From the NCBI GenBank assembly GCA_007118975.1, contig SKQO01000020.1, positions 11,569 to 75,568 on the forward strand: 64,000 nucleotides of DNA. The letters run 5' to 3'. Positions 48,738 through 58,173 of this stretch are shown here, piece by piece (position 1 is the stretch's first letter; each line of letters opens with the position of its first letter). This stretch comes from Halobacteriales archaeon. GTDB taxonomy: Archaea > Halobacteriota > Halobacteria > Halobacteriales > SKNY01. Position numbers and translations under genes: made by a program. The notes beneath the pieces were generated by a model. The model did no database searches. It worked only from the letters and a program-made list of their open reading frames with translations, and was not told the origin of the DNA.

Positions 48738-49598
48738 TCAGGCGGCCGCCGAGCCTTCTGCGGACGATTGCCGCTTCCTGTATCCGAAGCTTCCGGCGAC
48801 CAGCATCCCGAACACAAACCCCGTCCCATGCGCCACGATATTCGTCAGTCCATCGCCGGACGTGATATCCGCGGGAAGTGACGCAGCGAACCCGAGAACG
48901 CTTACGAGGATCGCGATGACGAGCACGACGCTCAATGGGGGATGCTCCCTCCCCCAATCGGCCAGCTCGGCGGCCCGGGCCACGTACCGGGTCCGGGTAC
49001 CGGCGAATATGACGATGAGGACGAGTAGGCCGAGCCCGATCGCCGTGATGCGACGGGTCAAGACACCGAGTCCGAGCATTACGCAGCCGAAGTAGAGTCC
49101 GGTTGACAGGATTGCGACGGATTCCTCCTGCTCCTCCGCAAACACGAACACGATCGACACGAGGAGGAAGCCTGCCAAGGCGCTGACGACACCGGAGAAG
49201 CCGCGGTCGTTCTCGATTAAAAGGCCCAGTATTTCGTAAAAGGTGATGTAGCTGCTGGCGCTGACGATGAACGGGCCGATGGTGAGGATAATTGCGAGTC
49301 CGGTCCAGAATTTGCGTTCCTGGTCGCGGTATCGGTAGAGGATCCAGCAAGGGAAGACAAGGAGCAGGTAACCGACACTGTTCCCGATCAGGTGGCCGTC
49401 TTCGGGCCGATGTTCATGGGCGAGCGCGTTCGTCCAGAAGTTGTGGATTCGGGGCTTGGTGTGGTCCAGCACCAGAGATTGCTGGAATGATTGTGGGGAG
49501 AGGTAGTAGATGGCAGCCAAGACGCCCGGGATTGCGAGAAGAATCACTGCTTTGAGGGTGTCTCTGGGCGTGATATCCGGGGTCTGTGGCAGTTCCAT
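48738..49598 (-). CDS. rhomboid-family intramembrane serine protease (divergent)
   Basis: Polytopic protein. It has 'AHEHRPEDGHLIGN' (H..HxxxN), 'GFSGVVSALAG' (GxSG) and 'AHGTGFVFGMLVAG' (H-G...G). Confidence 0.7.
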   Translation of the reverse strand: MELPQTPDITPRDTLKAVILLAIPGVLAAIYYLSPQSFQQSLVLDHTKPRIHNFWTNALAHEHRPEDGHLIGNSVGYLLLVFPCWILYRYRDQERKFWTGLAIILTIGPFIVSASSYITFYEILGLLIENDRGFSGVVSALAGFLLVSIVFVFAEEQEESVAILSTGLYFGCVMLGLGVLTRRITAIGLGLLVLIVIFAGTRTRYVARAAELADWGREHPPLSVVLVIAILVSVLGFAASLPADITSGDGLTNIVAHGTGFVFGMLVAGSFGYRKRQSSAEGSAAA

Positions 49599-50736
49599 TA
49601 CCCGCCCACAGGCTACCTCATAATATATTAGTTGATGACAGAATGCGGATTTGTTACGGAACTCCTCAATACTTCCTGGTCGAAGTAAACTGTGATTTTA
49701 TCAGATTTATCACCCCCCGTTCCCCTCTTTCGATAGAGCCTCATTTACGATCTCCTGCGTGATTTGGGGCGTCACTCATCAGTTATAGCTACTAAGACGG
49801 TACATCTTTTTGAATCTCCCTGTTGGCTACTCGCACGGATTGATTTGGCCTTCTTTCGACTTGAACATATTCGGTCAGGTCATTTTACCGTGAATTTGGT
49901 GGTAGGCAAGGCCCGTGATGAAGAGCGGATGGTCAAGGACGTTATCGACAGGATGTAAACTCACGCGCTGTCCTCTGTAGGTTACCGCCGGTTACCGATG
50001 AAATCAGGGCAAATCATTGCCGCATCTCACGCAAGGTCTGCCAATTGGGGTACAAAATGTTACGAGCGGAATTTATTATTGAAGCGTTCCTTTTGTGGGA
50101 AATTTGTTTACCCCCTCAAACTCCGATCGAAGGGTAACCTCACGTAACCCGTCTATATTACTTGAATTCTACCCGTGGGGAAGGGAGGTGAGAGCGATAC
50201 TGAACATCCAGACCCACCAATCGCATTCGATTGGACTTTTCAAATATGAGGAATTGAATGCACCGCCAGTCGGAATGGCTGGTCCACAAATGACCCGTCG
50301 ATTGAGGTTACGCTCTATTACCTCTGGATCTATCGACAGACGTTTCCGATAAACAGTGGTCGTCTGCTACACATTTACCCAAGGCAATAAAAAGTAGAAA
50401 GCGCAGTGGTTACTCGACGAATCAGGCCAAATCCCTCCTTGAAATCCTTTCTGGTGGTTGATGGAATTTCGATTGTCAATTCTATTTCGCCACCCAACTC
50501 GAATCTCGGGTATCAATGGATTCAGCAACCGCGCGAGACGAATATCGATCGGGGCATGACCCTTGAAATCTCAGAAATGAATTAATTTATTGACACCAAT
50601 GCGCGTCTATTCAAATGACAAATAAACAATAAGCAAGATATAATCGCCATACGTGGAGGCGACAATGGGGAGGCGATGCAAAAATCGATTGACTTCAAGG
50701 CAATATTGGGCCAATTTCTATGAGATAACTGATGGT

Positions 50737-50755
50737 TGAATTGCCAAAAAAACGG
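50737..50755. repeat. 19-nt direct repeat copy 1 (TGAATTGCCAAAAAAACGG)
   Basis: It matches 50822-50840 at 17 of 19 positions, 85 bp apart, inside the ORF-free AT-rich stretch. Confidence 0.6.
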
Positions 50756-50821
50756 GAGGCGTGATGGCGACGTTGGCCTACAAACCAGACTTTTTTCACT
50801 AGGATTTGCCATTCGGTCACC

Positions 50822-50840
50822 TGAATTGGCAAAAAAATGG
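50822..50840. repeat. 19-nt direct repeat copy 2 (TGAATTGGCAAAAAAATGG)
   Basis: See copy 1. Confidence 0.6.
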
Positions 50841-50991
50841 ACGAACCAAACCACAGAAAAGGCGAACTGGTTTCGTGTTTTAATCACAATAAGGGAGTTT
50901 AATTTACTATCTTTATTTATTCCGATTATTCATATGTAATCGTCGTTATTTTGCGTGTGATACGGCGCAAACGTCTAACTTTTCGCCAATC

Positions 50992-50998
50992 TATATAA
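50992..50998 (+). promoter_or_regulatory. TATA box (TATATAA) for the RHH gene, likely leaderless transcript
   Basis: It is centred about 29 nt upstream of GTG 51024, preceded by a very AT-rich stretch. Confidence 0.45.
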
Positions 50999-51023
50999 GG
51001 CCGTTATCCGACCAAGCGATATC

Positions 51024-51230
51024 GTGATCCAGGCAAAAGAGGCGGTCGCTGGAAAGGTTGATCCGGCGATAAAGCGAAAGATCGAACAGGTCGCCGAGGC
51101 GGAAGGAGAAACCGTATCCGAGATCGTCCGCCGGGGCATGAAGCACTACGTGGAGGCGAATCCCCATCGGTATGCAGTCCTCGGCAAACAGGACTTTGTC
51201 GGTAAAATGTTGGACGATTTGGAACGGTGA
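51024..51230 (+). CDS. ribbon-helix-helix (CopG/antitoxin-like) protein
   Basis: 68 aa. '...KVDPAIKRKIEQVAEAEGETVSEIVRRGMKHYV' shows the beta-strand-helix-helix pattern of RHH proteins. The start codon is GTG. Confidence 0.65.
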   Translation: MIQAKEAVAGKVDPAIKRKIEQVAEAEGETVSEIVRRGMKHYVEANPHRYAVLGKQDFVGKMLDDLER

Positions 51231-51346
51231 CCGACGATACCCCAAACGAGGATAGCACCGGCACTCCTGTTTGCGAGATCGAAGAGGAGGATGAGTCGAT
51301 CGAAGCGCGGACCGATGGTGGTGCGGTTGTTGCCGAGTCACCGTAA

Positions 51347-51658
51347 GGTTCTCACGGTCCGATTAGGACCAAATCTGCTGATACGCTCTCCCCTGGAGGC
51401 AAACCCGTCGGGAAGTCATCGGTCGAGGACTGTGTCTCCAACGCTACGACGAAGGGAGATCTGTCCGATCAATTAGCTGAATGTGGGGATCCCAGTGCGC
51501 CCGTCAGTGCCCAATTCACGCAGGCAGAATTGAATCGCCTACGAACCATCGCAGCGAGCGGGGGCCGGAAATCGTCGTGGGTAATTAACCGGCTCCTTTG
51601 CCGAGCTGATGACTCCAAATCCTCGTCCGAACGCTCCTCACTGGATCGAAAACGCTGA
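51347..51658 (+). pseudogene. second RHH-like segment with no start codon, in frame behind a TAA
   Basis: The frame reads '...SAQFTQAELNRLRTIAASGGRKSSWVINRLL...' (RHH-like). It contains no ATG, GTG or TTG. It is in the same frame as a 39-codon acidic ORF (GTG 51227..TAA 51346) that overlaps the first RHH stop. Confidence 0.3.
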
Positions 51659-51944
51659 TATCGCCTCGAAGACCGGATCACAAACAAAGTGGGTGTATTG
51701 TGGACCTTTTCCTTCTCTGTTTACCCACTTCACCGCATGAATTACCTTTGGCTTCGAACATGCTCTAATCAAGCTAACGTCCCCCCAACACTCCGCTCGA
51801 GTGGTGATGGAATCGATTACGGACCTCTCAAGCCAAATATCGGTGCGATTGACTTTCCAGCCGCATGCAAGGTAATTGCGTCATAGTTGATGAGGCTAAA
51901 CGGCACTCCAGTGGAAAATTCAGTCTATTCAACCAAAGAGTTAA

Positions 51945-52307
51945 ATGAGAAGTCGAATTAAGTTTAACTGGATGGTTAAACGATCACCGGACGGTCTATA
52001 TCTCGATGCCGTCTTTGGCGCCCTTGCCCACCCGACACGTAGGGCGCTCGTCGAACAGTTGGCCGTCGAACCAACGTCAGTCGGCGACCTGGCCGATCCA
52101 CACGACATGTCGCTGGCCGCTGTGTCGAAGCACCTGCGAGTGCTCGAAGATGCTGGACTAATCGAGGTCGAGAAGGACGGTCGCGTCCGACGATGCCACC
52201 TGAATGCTGGCCCGCTGAGCGAGGCCTTCGGCTGGTTGACTCGCTATCGCGTCTTCTGGGAGGATCGATTCGATGCGCTCGAAGACCATTTGGAGGCAGA
52301 CCAATGA
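51945..52307 (+). CDS. ArsR/SmtB family transcriptional regulator
   Basis: It has 'VFGALAHPTRRALVEQL...SVGDLA...SLAAVSKHLRVLEDAGLI'. The likely start is ATG 51972. Its stop overlaps the next ATG (ATGA). Confidence 0.85.
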   Translation: MRSRIKFNWMVKRSPDGLYLDAVFGALAHPTRRALVEQLAVEPTSVGDLADPHDMSLAAVSKHLRVLEDAGLIEVEKDGRVRRCHLNAGPLSEAFGWLTRYRVFWEDRFDALEDHLEADQ

Positions 52308-52745
52308 CAGGCAATACACCGGAGAACGATTATACTGACAGTCAACTCACTATCCGACGAACATTCGATACCCCCCTTGAGCGTGTGTGGCGCGCATTTA
52401 CTGATCCGGGGGGAACTGGAACAGTGGTTCGTCCCAGAGGGCATGACTGCCGACGTTCGAATTAGCGAACTCGAAGCAGGTGGTGAGATGATAGTTCAAT
52501 GGATGGACGGAGAAGAACATATGGACAACGAGGGGTACATTATCAAAGTCGTCGAAAACAAACGCCTCGCCACGGGCGAGGAGACCGACGAAGGCGAGCT
52601 TCACCTCATGTACGAGTTCCAGGACGCCGATGACGGCACGGAGGTCGTGATCACCCAGGAGTTCTCGGGTCCGGTGCCCGACGGTGCCGCTGAGGGTTGG
52701 GCGAGCATGCTCGACACCCTGGAGGAGGTGCTCGCATCGTCATGA
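52304..52745 (+). pseudogene. SRPBCC (AHSA1/Aha1-domain) protein gene with +1 frameshift in a G6 run
   Basis: 'MTGNTPENDYTDSQLTIRRTFDTPLERVWRAFTDPG' (frame of 52304) continues as 'ELEQWFVPEGMTADVRISELEAGGEM...' in the frame of 52377. The switch is at GGGGGG 52408-52413. The intact paralogue downstream reads 'RAFTEPEEVEQWLGP'. Confidence 0.8.
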
Positions 52746-53155
52746 CCGAAATCGAAACGAACGAGACGAGCCTGACCATCCGCCGGACGTTCGACGCCTC
52801 ACGTGAGCGCGTCTTCCGTGCGTTCACCGAACCCGAGGAGGTGGAGCAGTGGCTCGGCCCGGGATCGATGACCGGCGAGGTCCACGCGCTCGAACTCGAG
52901 TCCGGCGGTGCGTACTCCGTGAGTATGCTGGGGGAAACGAACCGCTACGACGTCGAAGGGGAAGTCCTCGAAGTCGTCGAGAACGAGCGGCTCGTCCACA
53001 CCTGGGAACCGGGGACGGTTACCGTCGAGCTCCACGACTCCGACGAGGGATGCGAGGTCGTATTCACGCACGAGGGTCTCCCGAACGCCGACATCGCCGA
53101 CGGACACGCGTCGGGATGGGAGAGCGCACTCGACAACTTCGAGGCGGTACTCTGA
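52742..53155 (+). CDS. SRPBCC (AHSA1/Aha1-domain) protein
   Basis: 'LTIRRTFDASRERVFRAFTEPEEVEQWLGP...' through '...GWESALDNFEAVL'. ATG 52742 overlaps the upstream stop. Confidence 0.85.
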   Translation: MTEIETNETSLTIRRTFDASRERVFRAFTEPEEVEQWLGPGSMTGEVHALELESGGAYSVSMLGETNRYDVEGEVLEVVENERLVHTWEPGTVTVELHDSDEGCEVVFTHEGLPNADIADGHASGWESALDNFEAVL

Positions 53156-53242
53156 GACCATGCACCTCCAGTCGAATCCACCGCTCTCGTCAGCGAGACG
53201 AACTCGGGATGTTCGCCGAGCGATCACTCGTGAGGGGGAAGG

Positions 53243-53659
53243 ATGAAGCAGACCTACACAGGGAGCTGTCACTGCGGGACAGTTCGGTTCGAAGCTGACA
53301 TCGACCTGAGCGAGGGGACTACCCGCTGCAACTGTTCGATCTGTACTAAGCTCCGGTACTGGTTCACGTTCGTCCCCGATGAGGCATTTCGTCTTCTGGA
53401 GGGAGATGACGCACTGACGGATTATCAGCTCGACGCGGAATCCGTCCACCACCGCTTCTGCGGTCGCTGCGGGGTCAAGCCCTTCGGACGGGGGTTCGCC
53501 GCCGAACTCGACGACGACGTCCCTGGTGACTTTTACGCAGTCAACATCGCCTGTCTCGACGACGCAACGGACGAGGTGCTGGCGGAAGCACCGGTCGAAT
53601 ATCTGGACGGCAGGAACGACGACTGGGAGTCAGAACCTGCGGAGACGGGACACCTATGA
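53243..53659 (+). CDS. GFA-family (CENP-V/glutathione-dependent formaldehyde-activating-like) zinc protein
   Basis: 'GSCHCGTVRFE...RCNCSICTK...HRFCGRCG' is the GFA Cys pattern. Confidence 0.85.
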   Translation: MKQTYTGSCHCGTVRFEADIDLSEGTTRCNCSICTKLRYWFTFVPDEAFRLLEGDDALTDYQLDAESVHHRFCGRCGVKPFGRGFAAELDDDVPGDFYAVNIACLDDATDEVLAEAPVEYLDGRNDDWESEPAETGHL

Positions 53660-53711
53660 ACGAACGAGCGCACAACCGAGGCCACTTCACGTATACGGAG
53701 ATCGAAGAACA

Positions 53712-54087
53712 ATGAGCGACACGACAGACGACGCTAAAGTCGAAACGGGCCAACAGCACATGACCGTCCGACGAACATTCGACGCACCGAGTGAACTCGT
53801 CTTCGACGCGTGGACGGACCCCAACCAGGTCGATCAGTGGTGGGGCCCGGATGGCTTTACGACCACGACCGACGGGGCGTTCGAGATGTAAGTCGGGCCG
53901 CGAGGAGTACCCAAACCGAATCCTCTACGACGAGTTGCATCGCCACTACACGAGTCCGTTTCCCTCACCCCAAACCCGTGCCGCACCTTGGATTCTCACT
54001 CAAGAACTACTCGGTTCGAGCGAGTGGTATGACTCGTGGTGGGAACGACCTGATGCGATTACGTCGAAACCAACGCTTGTGCTCTAG
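53712..54087 (+). pseudogene. third SRPBCC (AHSA1-domain) gene, truncated or frameshifted remnant
   Basis: 'MSDTT...MTVRRTFDAPSELVFDAWTDPNQVDQWWGPDGFTTTT' stops at 53891 after 59 aa. A family-typical 'GREEYPNRILYDEL' appears in another frame (ORF 53791..54087). Confidence 0.55.
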
Positions 54088-54497
54088 GGATAGAGGATCC
54101 GACATTTTGCGAGGGTGCGCTGGACAGGTGGGAGCAAACAGTCTCTAACGCATCCGTCATCCAGTTCGATGATGTCGGGTATTTCGTTCCGGACGAAGCT
54201 GGGGATCGGGTAACTAGGAAGATGAGAGACTTTCTGGAATCGAATTGAGGGCAATCACTGGAACTCGCGAGCAATTAGTTCACGCTACGAAACTAGCTAA
54301 TGAAATCACCAATCAAATTGGCTAAAAGTAGCTGACATACGTTCACACTGACACCAGGACAACTTACACCCAGCATGTTAGGCGTACGAGCTATATTATG
54401 CCACGGTAACGTAAGGAGAGCGAGGTATTGTTGAATATCTGAGCTGTGATCTGCCCAAGCAAATTCAGAGCGATTGAATTGGGAGACCACGCCTATC

Positions 54498-54893
54498 TCA
54501 CTGGTGGATAATTTGGATGAGGTTTCCGCACGTGTCGTCGAAAACGGCCATCGTGACGCCCCCGGCGGTCATTGGCTCCTGGGTAAACTCGACGCCCTGT
54601 TCTCTCAGGCGATCGTATTCTGCCTCCACATCCTCACAGCTAAATTGCGTCCAAGGAATGCCATTGCTGACGAGCGTTTCGCGGTACGTCTCCAGTGCCT
54701 CGGCCACGTCTGCAGTCCCTGTAGGTTCTAAGAGTAGCTCGACACCGTCGGGTGATTTTGGCCTCACTACAGTCAACCATCTCGCCCCACCAGCCGGAAC
54801 GTCGGTCTTTTTCTCAAAGCCTAGGACGTTCGTGTAGAACTCCAGAGCCTTTTGCTGATCATCCACGTGTACGTTTGTTACAGTAATTTCCAT
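54498..54893 (-). CDS. VOC-family (glyoxalase/bleomycin-resistance fold) protein
   Basis: It has 'HVDDQQKALEFYTNVLGFEKK' and 'AVFDDTCGNLIQI'. Confidence 0.85.
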   Translation of the reverse strand: MEITVTNVHVDDQQKALEFYTNVLGFEKKTDVPAGGARWLTVVRPKSPDGVELLLEPTGTADVAEALETYRETLVSNGIPWTQFSCEDVEAEYDRLREQGVEFTQEPMTAGGVTMAVFDDTCGNLIQIIHQ

Positions 54894-54903
54894 GTCGTTA
54901 CCT

Positions 54904-55299
54904 TCATTTGGAATCTTTCTCGGTCAGTCGGTGTAACCAGGTTCCTACGTCGTGAATCTGGTCTGTCCCCGCGAACTCCAGGACTTTGTATTTCCCGCGG
55001 CGAGTAGATTCGACTAACCCGGCCGCTTCGAGGAGATCGAGGTGGTTGCTCACTCCCTGCCGAGTCATGTCGACATCGTGCTCCATGGTGAGGCGCACGC
55101 AGAGTTCGTAGAGCGTTTGTCCATTGTTGTTCGCCAATTCCTCCAAGATCAACCGGCGGGTACTGTCGGCCAGCGCCTGGAACACGTCGTCGTTGGAAGA
55201 CACGAAACAACATGCAACTAAATGCTTGCATGTATAGATAAGCCTATCGGGTGTCCAGTCGCTCGACACCACAATACGGTCCCACCACTGACTCAGCAA
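54904..55299 (-). CDS. ArsR-family transcriptional regulator
   Basis: It has 'VFQALADSTRRLILEELANNNGQTLYELC...VSNHLDLLEAAGLV'. The likely start is GTG ~55203. It lies 10 nt upstream of the VOC gene. Confidence 0.8.
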   Translation of the reverse strand: MLSQWWDRIVVSSDWTPDRLIYTCKHLVACCFVSSNDDVFQALADSTRRLILEELANNNGQTLYELCVRLTMEHDVDMTRQGVSNHLDLLEAAGLVESTRRGKYKVLEFAGTDQIHDVGTWLHRLTEKDSK

Positions 55300-55571
55300 C
55301 CGCGGAACACACCGATTACGTACAGTACGGGAGTAAATGCGAAGCGACAGAGTACCGAAGCCGGGATATCCTAAGAAAGAATCGAGGACTACGTATTAAT
55401 CAGGTTTTCATTGAGCCAGATGTTGGAGGGGTACATTGTTGGAATGACGACACTGAGTCGGCGAATCTGAAAAAATTTTCAGCCTAGGATTAAGACCTCC
55501 AAATCACCTATATTGGCTGAACAGATGGCCGAGTTATTTACGAATCATCACGTTGAGGTGTCCGCAGAGCG

Positions 55572-56432
55572 ATGAGTTCTAGCGAGCTTTCAAGCACCCT
55601 TACACACGATTCCTTCGCCGCAATAGCGAACGAGGCGCGCCTCGATATTCTGAAAGCGCTCTGGAGTGACGGTGATTGCACGTTCACCGATCTGTTTGAC
55701 CTGACCGATCTCGATGATACCGGTCAGTTTGGTTATCATCTGAATCAGCTTCTTGGGCAGTTTGTCTACAAGCGGGACGATAGATACACTCTCACCAACG
55801 TCGGCCGTGAGATGGTGATGACTGTATACACACACGTCGACGGCGAAAATTCCCTGCAGGATCCAATCGAATTGGATATCTCGTGCCACAGTTGCCAGGG
55901 AGACGTACTCGCACGGAGTCGAGGTGATTGGCTCCGAATCGACTGTTCGTCCTGCGAGAAGCTGTATGCGAGCTATCCCGTTCCTCGAGCGGGCCTACAT
56001 CATCACGATAGCGCTCAGATGCTGTCGGTCTTCGACCAGCGACTTCGTCGGATGAACGCGCTCGTGCATCGCGGGATCTGCCCGAATTGCACATGTTCGA
56101 TGGTTTGTTCGGTCGTCCCCGATGCCGAGCCGGAACCGGGGCTGCCCTTCGTCTTCATGCACCGTTGTCGCCACTGTGGGATGGAACTCTACACCGTCCC
56201 TGCTACGGGCTTGCTTGAGCACCCGAAAGTGGTATCCTTTTATCACGAAAATGGTCTCGAGCTTTTTGACATCCCACACTGGCAGCTTGATTGGATGTTT
56301 AGCGGTGATTGTATCGATGTGATTGCTGATTCTCCTCTTGAGTACTTCATAACCATCGAGATAACTACGGACCGTCTGATCGCCACCCTGGACGAGGAGG
56401 GGAATGTAAATCACGTCGAACGGATTGACTGA
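55572..56432 (+). CDS. winged-helix regulator with C-terminal four-CxxC domain
   Basis: The N-terminus 'FAAIANEARLDILKAL...TFTDL' is ArsR-like. Four Cys pairs follow: 'CHSCQG', 'CSSCEK', 'CPNCTC', 'CRHCG'. Confidence 0.65.
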   Translation: MSSSELSSTLTHDSFAAIANEARLDILKALWSDGDCTFTDLFDLTDLDDTGQFGYHLNQLLGQFVYKRDDRYTLTNVGREMVMTVYTHVDGENSLQDPIELDISCHSCQGDVLARSRGDWLRIDCSSCEKLYASYPVPRAGLHHHDSAQMLSVFDQRLRRMNALVHRGICPNCTCSMVCSVVPDAEPEPGLPFVFMHRCRHCGMELYTVPATGLLEHPKVVSFYHENGLELFDIPHWQLDWMFSGDCIDVIADSPLEYFITIEITTDRLIATLDEEGNVNHVERID

Positions 56433-56496
56433 CCTGAGATGGAAGCTGAAAAATCCTTCAGCAAGTCTTCATGTCCCCCCGAGCAAATAACGGACT

Positions 56497-56901
56497 ATGG
56501 CGTCGATACAGAACATCACGTTTGCCTGTGACGAACCAGACGAGCTCGCCGAATTCTGGGCGGAAGCGCTCGAATATGAACTCGAACCGATTCCTCCCGC
56601 GCTCGTAGACGCACTTGAGGCTGCCGGGGAGGACCCAAGCGATGGTCGATCCATTTTCGATCCGGACGGCGATGGTCCCCGGATATTTTTCAAGCGGGGG
56701 CCGAAGTCTCCGACAGAGCACATCCCGATCCATCTTGATCTCGATGTCCACGATCGAGAAGAAGCGGTCAACACCCTCGTCGAACACGGTGCAACGAAAG
56801 TCGAGACGAAAACCCTCGATCTGGGGGAGCACGAACAAGTGTGGACCGTCATGAACGATCCGGAAGGCAACGGATTCTGCGTTGCTGCGTCATCGAAGTA
56901 A
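56497..56901 (+). CDS. VOC/glyoxalase-like domain protein
   Basis: 'ITFACDEPDELAEFWAEALEYE', 'HLDLDV' and 'VMNDPEGNGFCV' are typical of the Glyoxalase-like (VOC) subfamily. Confidence 0.75.
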   Translation: MASIQNITFACDEPDELAEFWAEALEYELEPIPPALVDALEAAGEDPSDGRSIFDPDGDGPRIFFKRGPKSPTEHIPIHLDLDVHDREEAVNTLVEHGATKVETKTLDLGEHEQVWTVMNDPEGNGFCVAASSK

Positions 56902-56913
56902 GGGAGAACTGCA

Positions 56914-57114
56914 ATGACTTTCATCGACATTAGAACCGAGCAACCTAGCGTTGTCGCCCTGCTCGTGGCATCGACGATTTGCATCCTCCTTCCTGGAGTG
57001 TACTTGATTGCCGCAATGTTCGATATTTCCTTTGCTCTTCCAATTTCACCCCCGATTCTTGCTGCAGTTGCCGTGGTTTTCGCCGTTGCTGCCATGACGA
57101 TCCGTACGGACTGA
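56914..57114 (+). CDS. small two-TM membrane protein (putative)
   Basis: 66-aa hydrophobic ORF, 12 nt after the VOC gene. Confidence 0.4.
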   Translation: MTFIDIRTEQPSVVALLVASTICILLPGVYLIAAMFDISFALPISPPILAAVAVVFAVAAMTIRTD

Positions 57115-57266
57115 CTAGGACCATTAACCTATTGGAAGCGCTTGGACTCCTATCGAATCTAACCCCGTTATCGGGACCAACCTCAACGGGATGTTTCAGT
57201 ATTTAATATCGAGATCCCATATCGACGTGGCTGAGCACTGGACCGATCCAAAAACGAAGATCCCCC

Positions 57267-57647
57267 TCAATCTTCGTAGCTAACGATAGATCGGAATCCT
57301 CCCTGAGCCATCCGTTCAAACTCGAACGGCATCTCCTCGTCGTGTCCCATCTGTTCCATTGCTGGGTCCTCAACGACCTTGGCGTTCACCTCATCGCGGT
57401 GTTCCCGAGATTCGTAGACGATAAAGGAGAATACAACTGATTCATCTTCTCCTGCTTCGGCAACTGTTGGGAAGGTTCGGATCGACACTCCACCCAAATC
57501 GGGAGATAGGTCATCACCAACTCCCTCAAAGTATTCGAGCGCTCCGTGTTTGATCCAGAGCTTTCCTGCTTCTGCGGCTATCTCTCGGTAGGTTTCGAGC
57601 TTGTTGTCCGGGACTGGAAGGAGAAACCCATCGACATATCCTGCCAT
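57267..57647 (-). CDS. DUF1428 family protein
   Basis: It has 'MAGYVDGFLLPVPDNKLETYREIAAEAGKLWIKHGALEYFEGVGDD' and 'MPFEFERMAQGGF'. Confidence 0.8.
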   Translation of the reverse strand: MAGYVDGFLLPVPDNKLETYREIAAEAGKLWIKHGALEYFEGVGDDLSPDLGGVSIRTFPTVAEAGEDESVVFSFIVYESREHRDEVNAKVVEDPAMEQMGHDEEMPFEFERMAQGGFRSIVSYED

Positions 57648-57876
57648 ACTTCCTGAATGCGCTCGGAATTGAGATATCTATCGGTGCAGGAGGAACTCGT
57701 TAGTTCATTGGATTCGATCATCGGTTTCTACAGGTGGGTGACTGACCGAGATCAACCTCACTTATCAGAATCGATCTGGTCGAATACAAGATGGAGGGTG
57801 CGTATCTTGCTGGTTACACCTTGTAAACCGGGTCAAAACGATCCCTACGTTGGTACACAATACCCCCGTCTGAACG

Positions 57877-58173
57877 CTACTCCTTCTCGAATTCTAAACC
57901 CTGTTCCTCCAAGGCTGTGCGAAGCGTGGGTATCGAGGCTGGACCTACCCCGTGAATGTCCAATATGTCTGTTTCGGTATATTGGGAGAGTTTTCCCAAC
58001 GTTTTGATCCCTTCATGCTCGAGAGCTCTTCTCGCGGGAGAACTCAGCGTTGATAGAAATCCGGTTTCTGGTGACCGTTCAGCCTCACAGACTGGGCATG
58101 TGGGACAGTCACTACTCTTCTCAAATGTATGGCCATTTTCACATGTGCGGATGTTAGCCTCGGAATCGGTCAT
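57877..58173 (-). CDS. zinc-ribbon + helix-hairpin-helix (RNAP alpha-CTD-like) small protein
   Basis: It has 'CENGHTF...CPTCPVC', followed by 'PARRALEHEGIKTLGKLSQYTETDILDIHGVGPASI'. Confidence 0.65.
   Translation of the reverse strand: MTDSEANIRTCENGHTFEKSSDCPTCPVCEAERSPETGFLSTLSSPARRALEHEGIKTLGKLSQYTETDILDIHGVGPASIPTLRTALEEQGLEFEKE

Noticed and set aside
50582-50887. 101-aa minus-strand ORF (and 50736..50939 +) inside the AT-rich stretch.
   Set aside because: The composition is driven by A7/T7 runs ('FFANSG', 'FFWQFN' come from the 19-nt repeats). There is no start context or motif, so the region is more likely non-coding.
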